From NCBI GenBank assembly GCA_002811645.1, contig PDIP01000002.1, forward strand, positions 131,683 through 195,682: a stretch of 64,000 nt of DNA, read 5' to 3'. How positions within the stretch are numbered: position 1 is the first letter of the stretch; each line of letters begins with the position of its first letter. Made by a program: the position numbers and the translations under genes. The DNA is from Corallochytrium limacisporum Hawaii (taxonomy: Eukaryota > Protista > Pluriformea). Positions 31,641-44,100 of the stretch are shown piece by piece. The notes beneath the pieces were generated by a model. The model saw only the letters and a list, made by a program, of their open reading frames with translations, was not told where the DNA came from and did no database searches.

Positions 31641-32862
31641 GTCCCCGCCGGGAAACGTCCATCAGCCACGACCGGCAGAAACAAGAGAGGAAACCACCAA
31701 AGCGCGCATTAAACTTACCTTTTGTGCCCCGCTCCCGCCGCCTCATGGCCTGAAAAGATCCTGCCCGCCTCGTAAAGATCCTTTGCCGCTCGTGATGAGA
31801 ATTTTTGGCATTTTTCACCGCTGGTTGTATCCGGCTGTAGTGAAATTGAAAGGGACCGCGCGCAATTTTCCAATATCCCTGTCGTCGAAAGCAAACTTTC
31901 TGAATACGAGGCGCGTCACCAAGACATCATCAAGGAACGCCACAAGAGTATTCCAAACCAGTGACTGCTTGGGACGTTTACCGGTGGTGAAACGAGCGTG
32001 TCAGTGCGCATTACCAAAGGGAAGAATTCGACTCCTTTCAGATATCCTCTCGATACTGTCGTCAAAGTGAAGCGCATCCACACAAACACATATGGGAACT
32101 CGATCGCGCACGGGGATGACGGCAGCCACACCCCATTCATGAAGGATCTAACCGCTGTATATTGCCGCGGCTCTTTTCTGATCACTTGTAACTTTCTGTT
32201 CATCGATGATGGCAGTCCGTTGGCGTTGGATGGCTCTTTTTCTGGCTTCTCGGTGGGATCTGTGCGGTGACATTGCGACTTCCCCTGCGTTGGTGCCAAA
32301 AGTAGTGACCTGGTGGTGGAACCACAGATGATGTTACCGGGCACAATGATGGGGCTCGAGTTCTATAGCCCACTTTGTCGGTTCCATCCTCATCAATTTG
32401 AGCCACTAGGGGTTTCAAAAGGAACAGATGATGTCCAAGGAATCTACCGAGTGCAAGTGACATATTGAGGTCCCAGATTGGGTGAGACTCCCAAGACTTT
32501 CGTGGGCAGCAGAATGTCCCCATCGAAAGGTGGTGTTCTTCAAAAGGAGTGCCAGCACGGGCAGTGTCTATTGAGCTGTAGGGGGATGGGAAGAGCTCCA
32601 GCTCCTGAACACGATGTGTTCGTTATTGTGATTCTGCAGTCCCACCCAAATGTCACCCTTAGTAGAAATCACTGCCATACACCCATCGAGACCACATGGA
32701 GACAAGCCAGCGAGTAGGTTCCGCATCTTTCGATTTCGTGCGTCGTCCTTTCATTCCAAAACCACCCCCACACTCACAGGCGAAATTTTTTTTTCTCCAC
32801 GCTCCCGCTCTAGCCTTCATTTTCCGATGTCATTTCCTGTCTGGTGCTCTGCCTTTTTTGCG

Positions 32863-32904
32863 GCGCCCCTCCTCTTCGTCCCGCCCGGGGAGAGGGGGGG
32901 GCGC
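32863..32904. promoter_or_regulatory. Quasi-palindromic element GCGCCCCTCCTC...CCCGGGGAGAG8CGC
   Basis: Shares the CCCCTCCTC arm and CCCGGG centre with the copies at 7543 and 31611. Confidence 0.45.
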
Positions 32905-35900
32905 TTGACATAAAATCGCCGCTATAAATAATAGGAGTGGAATGATTCCAAAATTTCCGACTTCGGCCGTCTCCGCAAGTCGCAGCTTTTTTGGTGCACA
33001 ACACACACACTCCTGCGACGTTAATTGAAACGATAAAATTTCTCATCCCTCTCCTCGTTGTTGTACAAACCACCAACAGCCACCCCTCGTTCATTCTGCA
33101 GAAAAAGGGAGCCAAGATGCCTTAAGAATACGAGAAAAAGAGCCCGAGCAGTCAGTCTCGCACACACATAAACAATATGAAGTCACTGGTGAACGGGTCT
33201 CACAACCACAGAATGACTCACTGGTACGCTCAGTATTACCACACCGGCGCGGAATGGCGCACAAAGGCTGGCACCCCCACCTAACTACACCACCTGGGGG
33301 CGCCTGCACTTACGCAAATAGCTCAACTGCCACAGCAGGAACCTGAGCCCCCAGAAGTAAAAGATGGCCTAGTAAAGACTAAGCTGAACCAACCAACCAA
33401 CTTCACAGTTGTGTCGGCTCCCGCGCGCCACACCCAGAGACATCTCATCTATGCACATGCATGAGCACGCCGTTTCAGTTCCTGTTCAGCAGTCAACAGC
33501 AGCGGCAACAAACGCGCAATCATGAGCAGGTATCCGCTTGACGAGACGTGCCCGAGGAGCGCGACGGACTCAACTGTGAATACGTGGCTTATTGGGTCAT
33601 CATCACCACCAAACACGGGAAAGAGGCTTTGCATACCAAGTCTTTGACAATGGTGTCGCAGTGGAGGACAGCAGCCACCCAACAGCACGGCGCAACGCCG
33701 GTACAGCCAAAGGCAGGTAGCGGTGTTGGTGTGCTTAGTATCACCACCATGCCTTCTGCAATGTTATTCGCCTTGGCTGGGCACTTAACACCAACCGGGA
33801 CACTCTTCTGTGGTGTATTTTCCGCACACATGATGCCACCTTCTTCTTTTGGTAAACCCCGTCCTGGTTCATTCACTATTAAACCTAAGACACCACCGGC
33901 AACCTCTGACCTACCGCTGCCCCTGGAGAAGGCAAGGGAGGGGGAGTGTGTGTGTGTGTCGAGGTGTCTTACACGTCGGAAAGGAATTTTTTTTTTTCCT
34001 TCCCAATCGTGGCCCGCTTACTTGCCTGCCCATACATACATCGTCTACCGTCGCCACCAAACCGGCCCGTATGGGTTGGGGCAATGGGAGCCAGACGACC
34101 CTGTACGACTATGGTCCAAGCCTGTGCCAGCCAGGCAACTGCCGTTAATGTCCAACGGTTCCGTAGTATTATTCGTTACCGCAAGGCTGGCTTGTTGCAA
34201 GTCTTTGACGTGTATGGGAGCGATTGTGTGTTCCTAGTCCACCACTGGCTCTCGGTATCTTCCGGGTTTCTCCGGCCCGCCGCCTCCCGATTTCTCTCAC
34301 CTAATGTCCCCGTCCCGTGGCCTTATTGATTTTGGTCCCAAGAAGCTACGCAACACCGGGCGACACCACCAACAACGCAGTACGGTAGTAAGTCTTTGAT
34401 CCAGAAGCCAGCCCGCACGTTAAGATCCCATCGCGGGCGGTGAAAAAGATAGGAATTTGTGTGTATAGTAATACGCGGTTCCTCGCGCTCTTAGAATTCT
34501 TTCTCGACCCACAGGTATTTCCTTACCCACAGCATCGCTAGTAAATTTATGGATGATGGGAGCTTAATTTTATTGGAAGATAAACGACGATGGATCGCTT
34601 TTTCAACTACTTTCTTGCAATTCTGAAACAGAAGTCGATGGATGAGAAATTTCTTGGTTTATTTAGTATGGTTCCATTCCTACCCGAGCTGGAAATGGGG
34701 AGGTTGTAGCCATTTCCGTGCGTGCTGGCCTTTTTGTCGCCGCTCGAACACACAATCGATGATACCGTTGGCGTTGCGGGGTGCAATAAATAGGCGGCAA
34801 CTGAGGCGCATTCGCCCGCTACTTGTACAAATCGATTGTGTGCAACCTTGGAAGGGAGGCGCGATCCGTGTCCGGGACTGTGCTGTGGTTAGGTCATCCA
34901 GTGTAGGCGGAACAAAGTGCCCATGGGTCCAGTACATTGTACCCGTGATTGTTCATCAACTTGTCAAATATAGCTCCGGGATCCGAGTTTTCTGCATGAG
35001 GTCTATCGGGTGGGGGCCCTTGGAAAATGAAAAACCTGGACACCTCTATTATTATTCATTAAGTACTGAAAAGACTCGGCAGTAGAAACAATTAAGACAT
35101 GGCGATGATTTAGCGATGTTCTCCAGTTCTTCAGTACCCTCGATACTTTTGCTCATATCTTGTCTTGGCGTCATTCCGACCCCTGAAGCCACCATTGCGG
35201 GGATGAGATTTTTTTTCCTCGCACGGCCAACTCCTCCCCTCCCCCCTTGCCAGACATATCACCTGTCCGTCTCGACGTCATTTACAGTACTGAAACAATG
35301 TCTAATTTACGCACTGGGAAAACTGTAACACATGATAATTAAGACACAAGCCCTCGATTGAGAATCATTTTGGGCAGTGTTCCTCCCACTAATTCTGCTT
35401 CCGATGAAATCTGGTTTTAACGCTTTCAGAACTTTTCTTTCCTTCGCTGGGTGTGGTAGAGTGGTAGTGTGAGTACACCGAGGCCAAACAACGGAAGGAA
35501 GGAAAAAACGAAAGGAAAGAGAAAGGAAGTGGAAAGAAGAGCCGAGATATTGCTGATATTCTTTAAGAGTTCCTTGCGATTTTCGGGTTCTCAAGTACTT
35601 ATTATTGTAGCGGTTTCGGATGTGATGGGATCTTGGTTCTTCAGCAACGAATACAAACAGCCTGCTAATGTTCGGTACACATACGATTGATAGATAGTTG
35701 CGTAGTATTAAGAACGAAACATGTCCCATCAATGTCCGTGGGCGTATCAGCAGCCGACCTCGAAACTGCAGCAGCATAAAACTATTGGTATACTATTGTC
35801 AATGCCAGTATGAAAGTACCCGTATGCGATTTCCTGGGCCCCTGCTCCTCAATGCCCCCATTCCTCCGTACTTGCTGCTCAGTGCAGCTGCGTGCAAGTA

Positions 35901-38900
35901 TGGGGGTGGCGTACTGTGTATGGAAAGGGAAGAAGATACCGAATACTAATCAATGGCAGGGGACTTTGGCTGGTGGGGCGGGATGCGTATCACTTGCTGC
36001 TGACCGAGATAGGGGTCTCCGTCTCGAGTGGGCTATCAATGAGGGTGCACTGATGTGGTTCTCCATAAGAGTTTCTCGCACAACTCTTTGTCCTCCGGCA
36101 TAATCGTGATAGTGGGGTGCCCTGCTGTCTCGAGAGGGTTTCGGGTTCGTCGATGCTGCGGTGTCCGTGAAAGACTTTGGTCCAGTAGAAAGGCGCAGTA
36201 TATGTGATTGCTATCTCCGCCCAATGGTACTTCCAGGATCATCGAATTCTATGGTGAAAGTTGGCACCAAGGATTAATTTGTGATGAGAAAAAAGGGGGG
36301 GCATGGGAGAGGACGATCGACGATTTCACGTAGGCAAAGTCACATTGATGCGGTATTGGTAATGGACTTCCATAGTACAGAACGTACACACTACGTACGT
36401 TGTGCGGTATGTGCGGCGCGGAACGGTCCAGGCCCGCTTGGATGGGAAACGCAGATAGAGTGGGAATGCATGTAGTGGAACACACCGCAACACACGCACG
36501 CCTATAGTGTGACAGACGCAACTATGACAGCAGACTGACCTCTCCCTCCTCTGAAATAGTGGTCACCCCTCTTCCTATTCACACACGTCCCCCACCTGTT
36601 TGCGAGGACCCTTTCTCTTGATCTCGACTGGCAACTTTAGTACTCGGATTTTGATGAGCATGGCAATGAACATGGTGCTTAGCTGCTATCAGTGGGCATC
36701 TCTTCGGGCTTCATCATTCGTAGTCCAACAATGCATGCGGTGCATCATCATCAGACTCCATCAAATTCATTTTGCTACAGACGTATGCTCCACTTCGTCA
36801 CTGATGAATCGTATGTGCGTGTGGTATGTCATGTCAGGCAAGCAAACTAGTCGTTGGTGATGAACACCCACGCGGGCGACTTGCTTTTCAAAACACAGAT
36901 CTCCTTGACTGCTTGCTTGATGTGGCAGTCAGCGGATTGCATGCGTGTGTGTACACACTGTCCCATCCCAATAGAAAAAAAATCCGCACTCACACGGACA
37001 TCCATTCGGAGCAGGAAGTATCAAGTTTTAGCAACACACGCCGCGCGCGTCCCGGTACGAGAGAGTCAAGAACCAGACGACCTCGTCCGTTGCTCATCAG
37101 CTCACCGAATACTATCCCGCTTTGACGAAAGTTCTGGTATTGTACTCATGAAAGCATACGATAAGCTGCAGAGTATGTGATATGGACACTTGTCGGCGAA
37201 AGCATCCTGCTACGGGGTCTTGCAACCAACATCACAATGCATCCTTCCTCAACCCACTCCAATGACAACTCTCTGTTTGTGGTTCTCTACCCATTGTTTG
37301 AGATGATGATAGATGATGGCAGAGGCGTGAGTAGGATGTGATTGTACAAGGGGCCCGCTCTCCTTTCTTCATTTCATCCCCTCGGAGCTGCCTGTCTCTG
37401 ATACTGCCGTACCCGTCTGAATCTTTCCTTTTTGCCGTACGTAATGTACCATCCATCGGGGTTCAATTTTTTGCAACTCAATTAAAGAGCTCTCGGAAGG
37501 GGAGGAGTGTGGTTTGGGTACCTTAACATAAATGGCCCTTGCTGAAGGAGATTAGCGGAGAGGGGGTGTGCTGAGCCGGTGGGAGAGGCGACGCAGCCTT
37601 GATGCCCATCAGCTTTCAGTAATAAACGTACGGTTATAGATAGCTAACTGTGATGCCATGATTTCCCACACAGCCAGTGCACGCGCCCAAGGTCATAGCA
37701 GCCAAACACTGTTTGCGGGGGTCCACCTCTATTCAATTTGTTCATATCTAGTGCGTCCCTCTTTTTCTGCAGAGTACTAACTGACAACATTTCTGATATG
37801 GTCGATACAGCAGGACCCACTTGAGTAAATGAGTTGTCAATGGGTGGCGCAGTTGGCCGTGTGCGAGCGAAAAAAAAATCGTTGATGATCTATTGGCGTC
37901 ATACGGTCCGGACAGGTGCGGGCGTTTCAGTATTGACTACAGCGGTGCTTTTTAATTCTATTCTGAAGAACCCGACAGTTGTGCGGTGGCAGCTATTGAC
38001 GAGGGAGTGATTAGCGAACGAATTAACGGAGAAAAAATTGCAAAATTTCGGATTTCGACCCCGTCGCGGGCAAGGGGGGGGGGTGTTAAAATTTAAGTGC
38101 TTTGGAAAGCCAGGACCGAGATTTAGAGCGTGTCGAGGAGGTAGTGGGACGAGAAAATTTTGCCAGACTGTTCTTTGCCTTCCATAGTGAATGAACTGGC
38201 ATGAGTAGGAGATCGAATCAGAAATCAGGCCCCCACTTCCCAACAGCTTTTTTTGCGTGAAGCTTCCAGTACTGAGCACATCACACCGCCAGCAGGAGGT
38301 GGGGTGCAGTAGGCGACGGACTGGGGGAGAGCGGTCAAAGGAGCAACAGCATGCCTCCCTAAGGCATGATGAAAATTCTCGCACTTGAGAGTAAGTATAG
38401 TTCTCCAAAAGAGCCTACTTTCTACAAATGTGTATATATCCACCCCCTGCATGTCGCCGCACACACCATAATCGAAGGATATGTAGGCGATGTGAGTACT
38501 ATGGTCATGTCCGGTGCTGTTTGATTTTGGGTGAGGTGTGACAGAAAGACTGTACAACTGCGATGCAGGTCTGACGGGACAGAAAATGTTCGATGAATCT
38601 TACTGGTACAATACTGGCTACACTGAGTCTGCTGGGCTGCTGTCAGATACGTTTGGAGAATAAAGGAGTCAGTATGGTGGGTTTGCGATTTACTTGCTGT
38701 AACCGGACTACTTCATCGGAATGAACGGTAGTTGGGTAGTGGGCTAACAAGTGGTGTGGTGCTGACAATTCTCATCATTCGTTGTCCTGAAAATGGGCAC
38801 CGTGGCAAAGGGACTTCATGTGTTAGTACACACGCGCATATTGAACCACCCGATACACACAAACAAACACAATCAATAAGGCAGAACACCGATGGAGCCC

Positions 38901-39849
38901 CTTCACACCCCGTCACCATCATAATCCGTGCACACATGTCTCTCAATTGGATCGCCGTATATCAGTATAGTGTGTGTGCTGCTACACCTCAACTCCGTTG
39001 ATGTACTACTATGCAGAACCATCGGTTCCGGACACTGTGTACACTGTCAGTAGCAATACACGCACAACCGGACCATCGGTACCCAGTGTAAACAGTATTA
39101 CAGGTGAAGAAAGGGATAGTTGGTTGGTTGAACCGCCGTTTCGAGTTGAAAACCGATTTCCACTTGCCCCTTTGGGTGGATGCGGCGATGAACCCTGTGT
39201 GGAGGATATCTGGGACAATACGTCAATAACAACGCACACCGCTTCTTGATACTATTCAGCAGCTTTTTGGTCAAGTGGGTTTTCTTGACAGTCTAGTTCC
39301 CCCCCTCCCTCCCCTCGTCCCTGCTTGGCTGCGTCTCTCATTCACTTTTTCCTTTAGGTCTTTTTCCTCCCACCTCACCCAATTGATAATATCAAGGAAA
39401 CATAAATATCAATACTATTTGCTGGGAAACAGAGTACACACCCGAATCCAAAGACTCTTCTGTCTTCTGACGGGTTCTGCAGTTCGAGGAGGAATAGTCG
39501 GACACAGAACGGGGGGAAAGGCAGAAAAAGGGGGGAAAGACAGCCACCATGGGGGAGGCCTTCTCCTCAGATTTCACTATAGAATTTGTTCCTATGATGA
39601 AAAGCCTAAGAAAGGGAGTTAGGGGGGCTAACCCTCAAGCGACGCGCAGAAGTGTAGAAAGGGGGGGGGAGGAGGGAGGGGTGGGGTGGGGGAGCACAGA
39701 GGGACGCGGAGCGAATGACTTGAGTCGGCTATTGGTAAATGTTTAGAATCGAGATGTAATGTATTCTTTAAATGCCATGTAGATGCTATGTTACGATGAT
39801 GTTCATGGATGTGTGATGTCGTTGTCGTTTTGTATGTACAGCCGGGTCT

Positions 39850-40866
39850 CTAATTGCCGGGCACAGTCTGATCTTCGTCCATGCGAGAAGACTTGGTCTG
39901 GCCGCGAGTAGAAGCCGGATAAGAGTCGTTGTTGATGGGCATACGCTTGTTGAAACCACTGGGAGTCTCTTCAATATCACGGAGCCACTCACTCTGCATG
40001 ACCTCGCGAGCAGTAGGGCGTTTCATGGGGTCCTTGGACAGCAGACGAGAGATCAGACGCTGCACAGAGGGAGACACCCAGCGAGACTGGGGGAACTCAA
40101 CCTGGTCGCGGATGATCGCATCGTATAGACGATCCTCAGAGGCAGCGGTGAACGGGTACACTCCGTAGAGCAGAGTGTACAGAATGACTCCGAAAGACCA
40201 CATGTCAGCGGCGAAGGGGCAGAACCAGAGCATGTTCATGGCTCCTGCACTGCAGGGAACCAGAACCTCTGGACTGACATATGCTGGTGAGCAGCGCTTG
40301 GAGCCAATCCAGACGTTCTTGTTGGTTCCGTGGTCCGTTGCCCACGTGAGCTGACCAAACTTCACATGATCCTTCTCGTTGAGAACAAGAATGTTCAGGG
40401 TCAGGTCATTGATGGCTACACCATTGCTGTGGAAGCGCTCAACAGACTTCAGGATCTGCCATGCAATGCGGCGGACTTCTGTTTCGGAGCTGGTGCGGTT
40501 CATAAGAATGTAACGAGCCAGGTCACACTTGATAGGCTCCTGAATGAGGAAGAAATCTCCATCGTCCTCCATGACTTCGTGTGTAGTAGGGAAATCATCC
40601 TTGAATTTGCGATCTGACATAAGAGGGCCCTCTACTGACGAGAACCGATTCCACATTTCTTTAGGCACTTGCCGGCAAGCGTACATATTTCCGAAGTTAT
40701 CGACGGCTGTGTATGTGTCGCGGCAGCACTGCTTGCTGTCCACGTAGTATTTTCCCTTGAGGGAGGTAAAGACCTCGCACTCAGAACTTGTCTGTTCTTG
40801 TAAGTTCATTGCTTCTGTAGTCCGTACAGTGCTTCTGTATTGAGTACCTTGGTTATCTCTTTCCAT
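39850..40866 (-). CDS. TRIB: Tribbles-family pseudokinase with C-terminal COP1-binding motif
   Basis: GKYYV; no Gly-rich loop; ACR for VCK; GVAINDLTL (TRIB: GLVLRDLKL); QLT for SLE/DFG; KRCSPAYVSPEVL; AADMWSFGVILYTLLYGVYPF; RPTA.EV..SEWL; C-terminal DEDQTVP. Confidence 0.85.
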   Translation of the reverse strand: MERDNQGTQYRSTVRTTEAMNLQEQTSSECEVFTSLKGKYYVDSKQCCRDTYTAVDNFGNMYACRQVPKEMWNRFSSVEGPLMSDRKFKDDFPTTHEVMEDDGDFFLIQEPIKCDLARYILMNRTSSETEVRRIAWQILKSVERFHSNGVAINDLTLNILVLNEKDHVKFGQLTWATDHGTNKNVWIGSKRCSPAYVSPEVLVPCSAGAMNMLWFCPFAADMWSFGVILYTLLYGVYPFTAASEDRLYDAIIRDQVEFPQSRWVSPSVQRLISRLLSKDPMKRPTAREVMQSEWLRDIEETPSGFNKRMPINNDSYPASTRGQTKSSRMDEDQTVPGN

Positions 40867-41065
40867 GATTGGATTCCATTGATGCTTGAATACCTTGACA
40901 ACATTCTTCTCTTGTTTACTTCAAAAGGTGTGACTCGATATAAACACCGTTCGTCGAACACGCATCTTCCGCTCTATACTTCTTTTTTTCACTTCAGAGC
41001 TGGACCGCACGCGATGGTACAGCCATACCGCTGCCTGGGCGGATAGGAAGTAGAGAATATGAGCC

Positions 41066-41165
41066 CTTTCCCCCCTCCCCCCCCTCTCCCCGCAGGCCTT
41101 GTTCCCTCCATCGCTTTCCCCCCCCCTCCCTCCGCCTGCCTTCCCTTCCCACTCTTGCCTCCCCT
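41066..41165. promoter_or_regulatory. Polypyrimidine/C-tract putative promoter of Tribbles-like gene
   Basis: Several C runs (G-rich on the coding strand) 200-300 bp upstream of ATG 40866. Confidence 0.5.
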
Positions 41166-44100
41166 CGTTCCACCCTTCGCTAGAGCATATGGCACTGACC
41201 CATATCGCAAGAAATTGGGCGCATTGTGTCGCGTTTAGGTAGGCCTGCACCGCCAGGAAGGCGCTCCCGCCCTAATCTCCTTCTACTGAAAATTTTCCGT
41301 CTAGTGAAGTAAAAAAAAATCAATGAAAATTTTTGTGTGATCCTGCTACTGCAGGGTTACTGGTGTCTTACAATTGCCACCCCCGAGTGTTGTAATATAA
41401 CTACACTGTGTCTGCACTATGGCTCCAGCGGTAGGTGGGACAGTACTTAAGAAAACTTGACCCAAATCGACGCGCATTAGACGCAGACCCGACGGCTCAG
41501 GGAAAAGAGCGCTGTCAGTCCAAATTGTACTGTATCACTGGTACCTCCCTCCAGCACGGATTTTTTTTCATTCGATCGCGACTTGAACTTTCGTTGTTCT
41601 GATTTCTTCCATATTAAAAAGTTTCTCTGTTTCCCCAGTACTACAGCCGCACCCGTCTTGACGAGGAGAGCGAACGATGGAACGACCCTGTAAGCTCTCG
41701 CTGCGGTTGGGCCTTTCCCCCACACCCACCCTCCCCCTTCCTACAGTTTGCACACCCTTTCGGCGGCATTCCCCAATACACACACACACATACACACGAC
41801 AAACTACGCACACTGTAGCCATCGCACTATACGTGGCAGGTGGCCATGGCCGTCCCTATATAGAGTATTAGGCCCCTATGAGCATGGGTATTCAATAGTA
41901 AATAGTGAAGTGAGCAGGCCATTGTACCCAACACAATACTCACATGGACAGCGGTCAGTGAGCACTGTAACGCTGCCCTTTCCCCCTCTTGCTTAGTAGC
42001 GCTACAAAGACAGGGTACTCATCCTTGCCAATGTTGGGTTCCTAGACTTTTTTTTTTATGTGCGTCAAAAGCATCAGTATTCCTCCACCCGTCCGTCGGT
42101 GGGATGTTGTTCCTTATAGAGAACAGCTGGTGATTCCTGCTGCCCTCTCCTCTGTTTCCCTTTCCCCCTTTCTTCCTTTCTTGTCGGGCAGGGGACAAAG
42201 TCGCTGGGCACACACGGAAAAGCTTTAGTACCGCCGGGCACAAGCACAAGAAGGAGCCGAGGGAAATGAGGGAGGAAAGCGTGGCCGCTCTTTCCATTCC
42301 TCCTTCCGTTCCCGCCAACGAACCCTGCAACGGCTGGAACCACCAGGCCTGGGCGTAGTGCTTGCATTGATTACCATTTACAACCAAGTCGCATGAAGAC
42401 GGCCGAAGCGTTATTGTCAATATCTGTCGGCCTGGTGCTGGTTGTGGGCGCCACTCCCGTACATGAACTTCTTCTCAAGACATAAATGGACATGCTAACA
42501 TGGGCCCTGATCCTCATTACAGAGTACGACCTGGTGCTTGGTTTCGTTTTTCCAAGATGTCGATAGAGGATCATAGGAGGAGCAATTAGCACAACTGCGT
42601 ACCACATTACCTTCATTTGTGTGCGCGAGAAGAGGGGGGGGGTAGCTTCACCGCTCTCAGTCCGAACCCACTACTTGTCCACGCTGGCGTGTTGCATTCA
42701 GTCATGTCACTTACTTCGACCACAGTCGGCACTAATATAACAGTGATATGAAGGAGTATGCCAATTGATTCGAGACCATGAGTGCCGAAGCATGGAACAA
42801 TTTGTAGACGGTATGGAAGAGAAAGCACTCGTGCACAATAGAAACATATAGAGCGATAGACTTATCTGCCTCTTTGCAGGATGGTTTCGGCCTGTCTTGC
42901 AGCTCGTTGATCGCGGCTGCCGGTAATGAACGTATCAGTTCATCTGCGGCAAACGCAGGAGGCCATGCATGTTCTCGTTTTCGCCGGCTGTCGACCAAAA
43001 AAGCGTAGTAGAAGCCGGTGGGGGGGCTTGCTCCTTGCAAATTAAGGGTCACTTCAACATTTAGGGCACGAGAGAAAAGATTTATATATTAAATACATTG
43101 AATATTGTTTTGCACCATACGCTGCTATTGGACCATGACCCCGCCCAATGCAGGCACAGCCAATCTACAGAAAACTCTTACCTACTCGTCCTTCAGAGAA
43201 GGCTTAACTTCGTTGCCTCTCGACGGTAGTTTCAGTACTGATAACGAATCCACGGATTACCTAGCCTCGCCCCTGTCCGTACGTCCCCTAGAGCTCTGAT
43301 GGAACAGTTCGTCGTGTTTCTTGGATGCAGCGTAGGAGCGACCGAACCGCAAAGATCGACGGATTGTGTTTCTTTGCGATTAAAACTATAATTTTTTTAC
43401 TTGCGCCCACAAAGTCGCTTCGAGACTCAAAACAGGTTCCCATGCGGCCATAGTGAGTGCATGGGCGGGTAGCAATGTTACTACTCAACTCTCCTAGCTG
43501 GGGGAGATGGACAAGGGAGGGTAGTGGGCGTAACCTGCCGCGCCCTGCATTTGGTCTGTTGCCATCTCAGTGAGATTCTCCATAGTCCAGGCCAGGGTTC
43601 CCTCCCGCCACACTCGTGCACTTTTCGGCACTGGCACGCCCTGGTGCTGTGCGCTCTAGCCGGTCGACAGTTCTGCACCATGAAGACCGTCCGGTCACTC
43701 TGGTACAACGCAGGCTTTGACAACATCGTGCACAGCACCGGCACGAACATAATATAAACAACACAATAGCAACACAAACATACGCAACCAATGCACATTT
43801 ACCCAACAACCGAACAAGAGGGGGAATGGGAAGACAGGAGCGGGGAGAGGCCGCGCAAAGTCATCTTGGAACATGATCCTCTTGTCATCAAACATCATCT
43901 AGTATGCCGCAGTAAAGGGCAAGGCTTTCAAGGGCGTCATCCAACGCCCAGCATGCACCGTGGTACCATCAACAGTGGTAATCTTCGGAGATCATGTAGA
44001 AATCAAACCGGTGTGTGGTATTCAACAACCTGCTTCGTGAGCGACCAGAGCGCTCTCGGCGACAGCCTCTCCTCACGACCGTAGACAAAAAATTGGCTTT

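Noticed and set aside
31776-32717. Selenoprotein or alternative genetic code
   Set aside because: No SECIS or UxxC context, and intact genes use TGA as a stop; kept only as a possible relic.
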